The notes under the pieces were generated by a model, which worked only from the letters and a program-made list of their open reading frames with translations, was not told where the DNA came from and did not search any database. A stretch of DNA of 47,567 nucleotides, from assembly GCA_963788195.1 (NCBI GenBank), contig CAWBGA010000003.1:1-47567 (forward strand), written 5' to 3'. This document shows positions 9,404 to 17,664 of this stretch, piece by piece (the stretch's first letter is position 1; the number at the start of each line of letters is the position of its first letter). The DNA comes from Nitrospirota bacterium. Lineage in GTDB: Bacteria; Nitrospirota; Nitrospiria; Nitrospirales; NS-4. Both the position numbers and the translations under genes were made by a program.

Positions 9404-10855
9404 TTACGGGGTCTGACCCTTTTCTTTTTCCTTCGGTGTCGTCTCCTCTGGAGGGTCAAAGGGGCTCGGTTGTTCCACTGTCGGCTCTCCAGCTGACTCA
9501 TCCTCCACGCCACGACTCAAGACGGCCAAGCCCCCGCCCCCGATCGTTCCTGTCGTAAAGGCTGTGCCGATTTGGCATGTGAACTCGCGGGAAGCGCCTG
9601 CAGGCAATGGGCCGGCAAACTGAGCCAGGTTACTCACGAAAGGAAGTGAAACCACCTGACTGACGCCGTTGGCCATGGTGGTCCTCATCGTGAAGCCGAC
9701 AATCTGGGGCGGCCCAAATTTCGTGCTGGCCTGATTTTGATCGAGCTGGCAAATGATCCCTTGCGCTTGACCACCATCGCACACGGCCCCTTCCTCGACA
9801 CCAGCGACGTTCAGCGGACCCCAATACGGCGTGTTCGGGTGGCTGCAGCCCATCACTATCTTGCCGCGCGCCCCGGTACCGCTCCAGCGAACGCGTGTGT
9901 TGCCGGCCAACGACGCGTCGTTCTTGCCCATCGTTTGAAGAATCCAATTGCGGAAGACGAATACATCCGTGAATACAGCTTCGCCCGACGGTGTCATGCA
10001 GTCCGAGACGGAACCTTGCGAGGCGACTCCGCGTACGATGGCTCGGCCGTTCTCGACCGTCACGAACCCTGAACCGCTGTCGCCGGGACAGAGCGAAGTG
10101 TTGCCGGCTGTGTTAGCAGGAACGAAAATCTTCGTGGGGGAGTCGATCGCAGAGATGGGCCCGCGGAAGATGGCAATCTGCCCTGGAGGCACCGGCGATT
10201 TGTCATGTCTGATGTACGATGCAACAGTTCCCACGAGGCCCGGGTTACGCGAAAATCTTGGCAATCCCACCGTCTGGAGAACGAAGTTGACAGAGAATGG
10301 CTGCGCCAGCTTGATCAGCGCGATGTCGTTGGCGTGATCCTGGCTGGGGGCATAGTTCGGGTGGATGAACACACCCCGGTTGTTTGCAGGCCCGGTATTA
10401 GGATCGGGAGGGCGCGTTTCTGTTTGCACGTTGCCGTTCGAATCAGTCCGGGTATAGGTGATCTTGCCGAATCCTATGTTCGGGGTGACGCAATGTGCGG
10501 CCGTCAGGACCCATTGCGGATCGATCGGCACGGCGCCGCAACCGTTCATCCGCACGACCCACGGGTATTTGTAGTCGGGCTCATTTGTCCCGCCGACCAC
10601 AGGCAATGGCCCAGTGGGACCCGTAGCGGGGGCCGATGCCGGCGGCATCGGCTGCGCCAACGGGGGTAGAGGCTTTTGAGAAGGCGTGAAGGTCCCCGGC
10701 AGTTCCCGATGATCGCGAATGATCGCCCGTTCCTGGACGTCGCCTGACGGAGCGGTCGGCTGTGTGCCGGGCTCGTCCGCAGCAAGCGCCACAGGCGCGG
10801 CTAGCAGTGTCGATATCAAACTCAGCATCAATCCTTTCCTTGTTACAATACCCAT
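9404..10855 (-). CDS. Exported trypsin-like (S1) serine protease with DVQERA pro-leader, Cys-containing C-terminal domain and acidic tail
   Basis: AAAGGAGG RBS before ATG 10855; signal ends ALA-A; VVGG mature start; TAAHC, NDIAL, GDSGSG. Confidence 0.9.
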   Translation of the reverse strand: MGIVTRKGLMLSLISTLLAAPVALAADEPGTQPTAPSGDVQERAIIRDHRELPGTFTPSQKPLPPLAQPMPPASAPATGPTGPLPVVGGTNEPDYKYPWVVRMNGCGAVPIDPQWVLTAAHCVTPNIGFGKITYTRTDSNGNVQTETRPPDPNTGPANNRGVFIHPNYAPSQDHANDIALIKLAQPFSVNFVLQTVGLPRFSRNPGLVGTVASYIRHDKSPVPPGQIAIFRGPISAIDSPTKIFVPANTAGNTSLCPGDSGSGFVTVENGRAIVRGVASQGSVSDCMTPSGEAVFTDVFVFRNWILQTMGKNDASLAGNTRVRWSGTGARGKIVMGCSHPNTPYWGPLNVAGVEEGAVCDGGQAQGIICQLDQNQASTKFGPPQIVGFTMRTTMANGVSQVVSLPFVSNLAQFAGPLPAGASREFTCQIGTAFTTGTIGGGGLAVLSRGVEDESAGEPTVEQPSPFDPPEETTPKEKEKGQTP

Positions 10856-10923
10856 GACCCTTCCTCCTTTTGAGTTTGAATCCATTGCCTTGTGCCTCGT
10901 CACTGCCGGCTCGATCGTGTCCT

Positions 10924-11002
10924 CACGCGCGCCATAAGGTCTTTGCCGATTGCGCTCGATGACATCGTCGTAGTCTGGTTTACCGCACTTCAGCGGCTAT
11001 CT
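10924..11002 (-). pseudogene. Eroded remnant of a dsbA paralog
   Basis: 10947-10981 matches dsbA 13770-13805 (PDYDxVIERNR); 10986-11002 matches 13841-13857 (IAxEV). Confidence 0.75.
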
Positions 11003-11016
11003 GGGGTCTGGCGCTC

Positions 11017-12426
11017 TTATTTCTGCTTCAGTGTGGTCTCCTCCGGTGGGTCAAAGGGGCTCGGTTGATTTACTGTCGGCTCACCAGCTGACTCATCCTC
11101 CACGCCACGGCTCAAGACGGCCGAGCCCCCCACGCCCCCGATCGTTCCTGGCGTGACAGGTGTGCCGATCTGGCATGTGAACTCGCGAGAAGCGCCTGCG
11201 GGTAGCGGACCGAAAAAGCTGGCGGTGTTGCCCGAAGAGGGAAGTGTTTGCACCGATGTACCATTGGCCGTTGTCGTCCTCATGGTGAGGCCGGAGAGCG
11301 TGGGCACCATCATCGGCCCCACGCTGCCCTGATTTTTCTCGAGGTTGCACATGACGGTCTGCGTCTGTCCGGGCTCACACACCGCCCCTTCCTCAACGCC
11401 GACCACGTTGAGCGGACCCCACAGCGTGCCGTAAGGGTTGATGCAACCGATACCCATCACGCCGCGCGCCGCGCGGCCGCTCCAGCGCACGCGTGTGTTG
11501 CCGGACAACACGGTGTCGTTTTTGCCCATCGTTTGAAGGATCCACCCTCGAAATGCGAAGACATCCGTGAACACGGCTTCACCGGATGGCGTTGTGCAGT
11601 TGTTGATCGAACCTTGCGAGGCGATGCCTCGCACCGTCGCGCGACCATTCTCCACGGTCACGAATCCTGATCCGCTGTCGCCCTTGCATAACGCGGCGTT
11701 GGCAGCCATGGCGGTGATGTACATTTTTGGCGCGTAGTCACCTGGAGGGATGGGGCCATGGAAGGTGGAGAGCTGCCCTGGAGGCAGCTGTGCCGTGTGA
11801 TCGATTGACGCGAGAATTCCCACCCTGCCTGGGTTACGGAAATCTCTCGGCAATCCGACGGTCTGGATAAAGGGGTTGATCGTGAAGGGCTTCTCCAGCT
11901 TGATCAACGCGATGTCGTTGGCATAATCGCTGCTGGGAGCGTAGTTCGGATGGAGGTACACGCCGTCGCGCCTGGACCCAACAGGAGCAGGAGCGCGCGT
12001 TTCTGTGCTTACCTTGCCGGAGTACGGATCGGTCCGGCTATAGGTGAGCTTGCCAAACCCGATGTTAGGCGTGACGCAATGTGCGGCCGTCAGGACCCAT
12101 TCTGGATCGATGAGTACCCCACCGCAGCCGCCCATCCTCACCACCCAGGGGTATTTGTAGTCGGGTTCAAGTATGCCGCCCACGACAGATGACGGCCCAG
12201 TGGGACCCGTAGCGGGGGCTGGTTTCGACGGCAGTGGGGTAAGAGGTGGAGGCTTTTGAGAAGGCGTGAAGGTCCCCAGTTCCCTCTGGTCGCGAATCAC
12301 CGCACGTTCCTGAACTTCACTGGATTTCGTCTGCTCCTTGCTATCAGAAGCGGCTCCGGCACATCCGGCAAGACCCATGAGAAAAGAAACCGTGATAACC
12401 CGTGATATCGATCGATACTGACGCAT
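11017..12426 (-). CDS. Trypsin-like (S1) serine protease lipoprotein, paralog of 9404-10855
   Basis: LAGC lipobox; EVQERA leader; VVGG, TAAHC, NDIAL, GDSGSG; same SRGVEDESAGEPT tail. Confidence 0.9.
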   Translation of the reverse strand: MRQYRSISRVITVSFLMGLAGCAGAASDSKEQTKSSEVQERAVIRDQRELGTFTPSQKPPPLTPLPSKPAPATGPTGPSSVVGGILEPDYKYPWVVRMGGCGGVLIDPEWVLTAAHCVTPNIGFGKLTYSRTDPYSGKVSTETRAPAPVGSRRDGVYLHPNYAPSSDYANDIALIKLEKPFTINPFIQTVGLPRDFRNPGRVGILASIDHTAQLPPGQLSTFHGPIPPGDYAPKMYITAMAANAALCKGDSGSGFVTVENGRATVRGIASQGSINNCTTPSGEAVFTDVFAFRGWILQTMGKNDTVLSGNTRVRWSGRAARGVMGIGCINPYGTLWGPLNVVGVEEGAVCEPGQTQTVMCNLEKNQGSVGPMMVPTLSGLTMRTTTANGTSVQTLPSSGNTASFFGPLPAGASREFTCQIGTPVTPGTIGGVGGSAVLSRGVEDESAGEPTVNQPSPFDPPEETTLKQK

Positions 12427-12475
12427 GCCGCACCTCCTACTTCGGTCAATATGGGGTCAGACCTCTTACACCCGT

Positions 12476-12964
12476 CTACTTCCCTTTTTCCTCAGGCACC
12501 GTCGGCGATGGAGGCGTCGGCTCGGCCGGCTGTTCACCCTCGATGCCCCGCCGCCGGATTGTTCCGGTGGACGGCGCACGCATTCCCCCAGGCGTGGTCG
12601 GTGTCTGCTGCAGAACCGGCGCGTTCGGTCCTAGTGAGGGCCCGATCGTGGCCCTTGTCCCACCCGCTTTATCGCCTACACAACCCGTAGTATGTCCGGT
12701 GCTTGTAGTTCCGTCTGCGTTGGTGATGGTGCAGGCTTTCCCGTCATAGGCGCTACAGGCGACTCCAGCCGTGTTACTAATACCCTCGAGGATCTCACCA
12801 AATCCTGCAGGGTCTCTGCAGCCGCATGCGCATTTATTGTAAATTGGGTCCTTTTGTAGGGCCAAACTGACATCGGACGAGCCGAACAACACCGCGAGTC
12901 CGACCGTCAAGGCTAGGAACAGGATGCTGCTCCTAGGGGTTGTAATCCGGCTAATGGTGTTCAT
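12476..12964 (-). CDS. Exported 6-Cys small protein with RRRG acidic/Pro tail
   Basis: ATG 12964 (MNTISR) after a purine-rich RBS; signal peptide ends SLA; CACGC...C...C...C core. Confidence 0.75.
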   Translation of the reverse strand: MNTISRITTPRSSILFLALTVGLAVLFGSSDVSLALQKDPIYNKCACGCRDPAGFGEILEGISNTAGVACSAYDGKACTITNADGTTSTGHTTGCVGDKAGGTRATIGPSLGPNAPVLQQTPTTPGGMRAPSTGTIRRRGIEGEQPAEPTPPSPTVPEEKGK

Positions 12965-13004
12965 GGTTTTCTTTCCCCCTGTGTTGGTAATGCTAAAGAG
13001 GTCT

Positions 13005-13574
13005 TCACCGCCTTTGTAATGGAGTGCATTGACAACTCTGACTGCCGGGCGGGCACGATCCGGGGCAGACCGTCGACAACAACTGACAATCGGCCTGATT
13101 GTCACAAGAGCACTGCGTGATTGTCCACGGCACCTGATACCCGCACAGATTCTGAGGCAGTGGAGGCGGCGTGCCACGGAATAAGGGGGTGCACTGACAG
13201 CTCTGACTGCCGGCGGGACATGACCCAGGACAGAGCGTCGACAGGACCTGACAGTCGGTTGAATTGTCACATCGGCACTGCGTCCTCATGTGAGTGACCT
13301 CATGGCAGAGCTTCGCCGGCAGCCCTCCTCCGGGCTGGGTTCGTTGCGGCGTGACTTTCTTGTCTCCCTGCACCTTCCCCGACGCATCCTTCGTCAAGCC
13401 CCGTTCCTGAATGTCCCCAGTCTCTGCCGGTTGGTTTTTCTGTTCCTGTGCCGAAGAAGAGGGAGCCGCCGACTCGGTTGCGAATCCGATTGGGACGCCA
13501 CACAAGAGCGTGACGATGAACAGAGAGAGCGTCGCGCGGAGGATGTGGGCTTGGCGGCAATTTGCTTGAATCAT
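13005..13574 (-). CDS. Exported Cys-rich protein with DIQERG leader and two tandem 8-Cys repeats
   Basis: Signal peptide; repeats C-x9/10-CxC-x5-C-x6-C-x3-C-x6-CxC. Confidence 0.85.
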   Translation of the reverse strand: MIQANCRQAHILRATLSLFIVTLLCGVPIGFATESAAPSSSAQEQKNQPAETGDIQERGLTKDASGKVQGDKKVTPQRTQPGGGLPAKLCHEVTHMRTQCRCDNSTDCQVLSTLCPGSCPAGSQSCQCTPLFRGTPPPLPQNLCGYQVPWTITQCSCDNQADCQLLSTVCPGSCPPGSQSCQCTPLQRR

Positions 13575-13642
13575 GACATCCGTTCTTTCCAATTCAGTTT
13601 CAACCCTTGCAGAACTCGATGCCTGGGAAACTCGGATTGCCG

Positions 13643-14392
13643 TTATTTCACGTTGCGTGCTCGCGCCACCAGCTCCTTGAGTCCGTTCAGATCGAGCACG
13701 CCCGGGTGTAGCTCCATGGCTGCGATGAATCCCGGCGTGCCGTTGATACCCAAGTCCCTCGCCAATGCTCGATTGCGCTCGATGACGGCGTCGTAGTCTG
13801 GGTTTGCCATATCGTCTTGGATTTTCGTTGCGTCGAGCCCCACTTCACCGGCTATCTTCAGAACTTTGGCAAGAGACAGATCCTCTTTTGACGCCAGCAG
13901 CGCTTCATGAAATGCCTGGTGCTTCCCCTGTGCTCGCGACGCTAACGCCGCCTTTGCCGCCGTTTCGGAGGCTTCACCGAGAATCGGCAAGTCCTTGTAC
14001 ACAATACGGACGCGCGGATCTTCTTTCTGGAGCTGTGTGACCGCAGCCGCCACTTGCTTACAGAACCCACAGCGGTAGTCGAAGAACTCAACAACTGTGA
14101 CGTCGCCCTTCAGATTTCCGCTGACTGGGGAACTCGGATCGTTCAGCAGATCGGACTGGCGGGCAGCGATCGCGGCCTTCATACGCTCTTGTTCTGCCGC
14201 CTGGCGTTTGGCATCAAGCGCTTGGAGCGTCTGCTCAATCACCTCCGGGTGGGAACGGATGTACGACTCAATGGCTTTCTCCACCGCCTGTTGCCAGGCA
14301 GGATCGGCATAAGGCGGCTCCTCTGCGCCAGAAGCAGACGTGAAAAGGATGCCCACCAGCGCGGCAGCAATAAAAATGATTGTTCGAACCAT
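13643..14392 (-). CDS. dsbA: DsbA-family thiol:disulfide oxidoreductase (Com1/BdbD-like)
   Basis: Signal peptide; VVEFFDYRCGFCK; GINGTPGF cis-Pro loop; N-terminal YIRSHPEVI helix. Confidence 0.92.
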   Translation of the reverse strand: MVRTIIFIAAALVGILFTSASGAEEPPYADPAWQQAVEKAIESYIRSHPEVIEQTLQALDAKRQAAEQERMKAAIAARQSDLLNDPSSPVSGNLKGDVTVVEFFDYRCGFCKQVAAAVTQLQKEDPRVRIVYKDLPILGEASETAAKAALASRAQGKHQAFHEALLASKEDLSLAKVLKIAGEVGLDATKIQDDMANPDYDAVIERNRALARDLGINGTPGFIAAMELHPGVLDLNGLKELVARARNVK

Positions 14393-14473
14393 GGCTACTG
14401 GCTCCTGTTACCTCGGCACAGCAAAACCGAAAAGATTCGTCTGTTCCGCCTGATTATTTTCCTATTTTGGTGC

Positions 14474-14851
14474 TTATTTCATCGTGCATTCGCAGTTCTT
14501 CGTGCACCCCGCAGGAACGGTACAGGCTTGTACCAGGCGCTTCATCCAAGCGCAGTCGGCGCTGTCATAACACTTACACTTGCGGGTTTCCACATTGCAT
14601 CCGAACGACATAGTAGTAGCAGGAGCCATGGTTCCACCGAATTGCCCTCTCGGGAGCGCCCGTTCCTGTACGTCACCCGAAGAAGGTGGCGGCTGTGCCG
14701 GCTCACCAGGCTTCGCATCAACGACAAGGCTTCCTTGTTGGCCGACTTGCCTTTCAACATCCGCGATCACGACTTGAGGAGCGGCAGCCATTACCGCCAA
14801 AATGAACACCAAACCGAGGGCTCCAACCATTGGCAAAGATGAATATTTCAT
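14474..14851 (-). CDS. Exported 8-Cys peptide precursor with DVQERA leader
   Basis: AGGAGA RBS; signal; SGDVQERALPRGQFGG; C-x6-CxC-x5-C-x9-C-x5-C-x3-CxC. Confidence 0.85.
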   Translation of the reverse strand: MKYSSLPMVGALGLVFILAVMAAAPQVVIADVERQVGQQGSLVVDAKPGEPAQPPPSSGDVQERALPRGQFGGTMAPATTMSFGCNVETRKCKCYDSADCAWMKRLVQACTVPAGCTKNCECTMK

Positions 14852-14897
14852 GGTCTTTCTCCTTTTCTGTTACCGACAGTACGAACTGATGAGATCC

Positions 14898-15233
14898 CTA
14901 TTGCAAAGCTTTGCACTCAGCAGTGTCTATGTGTGTGTTGACAGGGGGGCCGTCGCAAACCATGGCGTTCATTTGCTCGCAGTCACCCTTCTTAGTCCGG
15001 TCGCAGTAACATGTCTTATTACTGAGAGTACAGTACCACCCTGTGATTCTGGGCTTTATAGCAGGAGCCATGGTTCCACCGAATTGCGCTCTTGGGAGCG
15101 CCCGTTCCTGTACATCGCCTGACGGAGCGGTCGGTTGTTTGCCGGGTTCGTCCGCAGCCATTACCGCAGGCGCGCCCGCCAGCATCCAGATCAATCCCAG
15201 CACTAATGCTCTTCCAAACACATGTGAGTTCAT
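14898..15233 (-). CDS. Exported 6-Cys peptide precursor with DVQERA leader
   Basis: AAGGAGG RBS before ATG 15233; AADEPGKQPTAPSGDVQERALPRAQFGG; CYC...DC core. Confidence 0.85.
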   Translation of the reverse strand: MNSHVFGRALVLGLIWMLAGAPAVMAADEPGKQPTAPSGDVQERALPRAQFGGTMAPAIKPRITGWYCTLSNKTCYCDRTKKGDCEQMNAMVCDGPPVNTHIDTAECKALQ

Positions 15234-15295
15234 CGCGATACCTCCTTTTTGTCTTGCTCTTCCTACCACCTGCCTGACTTCAAGTCTTTCACTGC

Positions 15296-17359
15296 TCAGT
15301 AACCATGACAGTTCAGGTCCTGTTGGATTTCAGCGGTTGCCAGCCGGATATAATTCTCTGCTATAAAAGAATGGTGGAGCACCCATTTTCTGATCTTCGT
15401 ATGTACCGTGTTCGGCCCATCCTGGAGCACGCTGCTTCCAATGCGGCGTCCTAACACTGAAAAGCGGAAATCGAACTGCTTCTGCAAGACGAGGTTCTTA
15501 TTTCGAAACGTGACGTTAAACGCTGTCGCGCCATCGGGGTAGGCATAAATATCAATGGTGTAATGGCATGACCCCACATCTCCTCTGTCCTCCCACGCAA
15601 AAGAACTCGGGTAGAAATTCACACCGAAATCGGCGCGCCGTTCGACGCCCGGATACGTATACTTGAGTGTTCCGTTATATTGCACCCCTTCTTGCATGCA
15701 GGAAGTCCTCTTGAGGGGGATAAGTACCCGCTTGGTCTGCCCGGGACCAATTGAAACGGTGAACGGCTGGACATTCAAGCTGCGTGAAATAGATGCCGCG
15801 GATACCGAGACATTCAGCGCTTGTTGCTCGGCATTGATAAACGTCATGCTGGCGGGCACATCCACAAGCTGCCCGCATGGGGTGCCGTCATAAATCACCG
15901 TGATGTCGTTGTCGTCGATCATGCCGATAACCCCGAGCGCAACGCCTTCAAAGCGTCCTATGATCGGAACACCGGCAAACCACGTCTTGTCGCTGTCCAC
16001 CTGCAGCGTCGTCGCATAGTTGCCGACCGGATTTCCTTCGTTCCCCAACAGGACGAAATGCGGCTCGAACACGATGTCATACTCGATCCTCTGGCCGGAC
16101 TTCACATTGATCTGGAAGGGTGGGGTCGTCGATGAGTAGGTTTCATTGAGTACCGGAACCTGAAATAGTTTATTGGTGGCAGAGGCCTCAAAGGCTACTT
16201 TCCCGCTCAGCGCTCGCGCTCTCAGAATCCGAAAGGGCTTGCCATCCCGCGGGAAGGAAGCCGTGACGACGCTGTCTACTGGTGCAATCACACTGATCAC
16301 TCCGATACGAGTCTGACCGTTATATACGCTGCCCAAATTTAGTTGGGCCGGGGAATAATCAGCCCGCGGAATCGTTCTAATCATGATATCTTTGATCGCC
16401 GGACTGAGCCCTACGCCTTTAGCCTTCAGCGCTGATATCCCGCCTGCCGATGCCAACTGTTCGCCGATCTTGGGGTTCAGAACTTCTGCCCATCGGTTGT
16501 CCGCGCTTGCGAGGCCGGGGTCGGTGAAACGACCTGAGCTCGAGTCCCCAGGCTGGCCCTTGAGAGTTGCATAGTTCTGCGCCAGTAACTCGGAAACTCT
16601 TGCTGGGCTTGCCAAGCCCGTAAGAATGTTCTTGTCTAGTCTCCCGGCCTGAACCTCTGTAATGATCTCGACGATCAAATCAGGATCGTTCATCCGAAGG
16701 TAATCCCACGTTACGCGACCGGCTGGCTTCAACTGCATGGTTTTGGAGACGGGCGCAGACGATGCGTCACCTGTTGGCGGCGGCTTCACAAAAATTCCGG
16801 CCAAAGCCGGGGGCACGCGGATAATCGTACCGGGCGGCAGCGGCGCGGCCTGCTGAGGCGGAGCCTGCTGAGGGGGAGCCTGCTGAGGGGGAGCCTGCGG
16901 CATCCTTTGCATCTGATTCACTGCATTTTGCACCTGCACGCGACTTAAAGCCGATCCGAGCGCACCGCGCTTGCGCGTACCACTGAATGAGCCGGTCGCA
17001 TCGAACCCTTGTCCACCCGGCAGCAGCACCACGAGATGGACCTCGTCCTCCCGACCCTCTTCGAGCACGGACATCGCCACCGATGATGTCAGCGATTCGT
17101 CATGAATGATCGCGGTCGCCAGCACCTCGACCGGCGCTTGGGCTCCGCTCGGAAACAGCCGCAGCAAGGCGTCGCCGGCCTGTTCGACGCGATAGATTCC
17201 AGGTGGAAGCTGAATATCATTGCCAAGCACTGCAGTAAAATGCACCGCCCGGTCGAGGATGAGAGTGGCCGGCGGAGTTTGTGGCTCGACGGCGTAAGCG
17301 GCTATGGAAACCAGCACGAGCACTGCCGCGCCGGAACTCACACGATTTCGGAGACGCAT
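15296..17359 (-). CDS. Exported protein: conserved domain, Pro/Gln linker and multiple Ig-like beta-sandwich cargo
   Basis: GGGAGG RBS before ATG 17359; signal ends AYA; domain ends GTRKRG; paralog of 20114-22169. Confidence 0.85.
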   Translation of the reverse strand: MRLRNRVSSGAAVLVLVSIAAYAVEPQTPPATLILDRAVHFTAVLGNDIQLPPGIYRVEQAGDALLRLFPSGAQAPVEVLATAIIHDESLTSSVAMSVLEEGREDEVHLVVLLPGGQGFDATGSFSGTRKRGALGSALSRVQVQNAVNQMQRMPQAPPQQAPPQQAPPQQAAPLPPGTIIRVPPALAGIFVKPPPTGDASSAPVSKTMQLKPAGRVTWDYLRMNDPDLIVEIITEVQAGRLDKNILTGLASPARVSELLAQNYATLKGQPGDSSSGRFTDPGLASADNRWAEVLNPKIGEQLASAGGISALKAKGVGLSPAIKDIMIRTIPRADYSPAQLNLGSVYNGQTRIGVISVIAPVDSVVTASFPRDGKPFRILRARALSGKVAFEASATNKLFQVPVLNETYSSTTPPFQINVKSGQRIEYDIVFEPHFVLLGNEGNPVGNYATTLQVDSDKTWFAGVPIIGRFEGVALGVIGMIDDNDITVIYDGTPCGQLVDVPASMTFINAEQQALNVSVSAASISRSLNVQPFTVSIGPGQTKRVLIPLKRTSCMQEGVQYNGTLKYTYPGVERRADFGVNFYPSSFAWEDRGDVGSCHYTIDIYAYPDGATAFNVTFRNKNLVLQKQFDFRFSVLGRRIGSSVLQDGPNTVHTKIRKWVLHHSFIAENYIRLATAEIQQDLNCHGY
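16847..16897. repeat. 15-bp coding tandem repeat (QAPPQ x ~3.5)
   Basis: gcctgctgagggggagcctgctgag... units. Confidence 0.85.
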
Positions 17360-17581
17360 ACAATGCCTCCCGTTTTCCACTCCCTTGACTACTTCTTCCC
17401 GAAGAGACGACCGATGGCAGGCCCCCCACATGTTGGCGCCCACTATTTCACACACTCGATAGGCATATCGATGACCGACACCATCAGAATGATCTGCCTC
17501 ATGGTTCGATCCTTTCTCTCATGATGGGTGTGCGAATGGCCACGCCGTCTGGTTACGGTTCCATCGCAGGATATCGGCTTT

Positions 17582-17652
17582 GAAAAGGGGACGTTCCGAT
17601 TTTTGTCCGCTACTTTCGGCATCCGAAAAACGGAGTGGCTCCTTTTCTTCTG
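17582..17652. repeat. REPIN-like imperfect inverted repeat; its right arm is repeated at 18480-18512
   Basis: gaaaaggggacgttccgattttt ... aaaaacggagtggctccttttc; 17620-17652 vs 18480-18512 match at 31/33. Confidence 0.65.
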
Positions 17653-17664
17653 TGCGTCAGCAGA

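Noticed and set aside
13005..13320. Diversity-generating retroelement template/variable repeat pair
   Set aside because: Both repeats are in frame in one ORF, differences are not adenine-specific by eye, and there is no reverse transcriptase.
12476..15233. RiPP cluster (lanthipeptide/ranthipeptide)
   Set aside because: Precursors have Sec signals, and there is no radical SAM, LanM, YcaO or peptidase-ABC gene; even Cys counts and DsbA favour disulfides.
17443..17502. 19-codon minus-strand ORF MRQIILMVSVIDMPIECVK after an AAAGGA RBS
   Set aside because: May be a decayed signal-peptide gene start, but too short to support.
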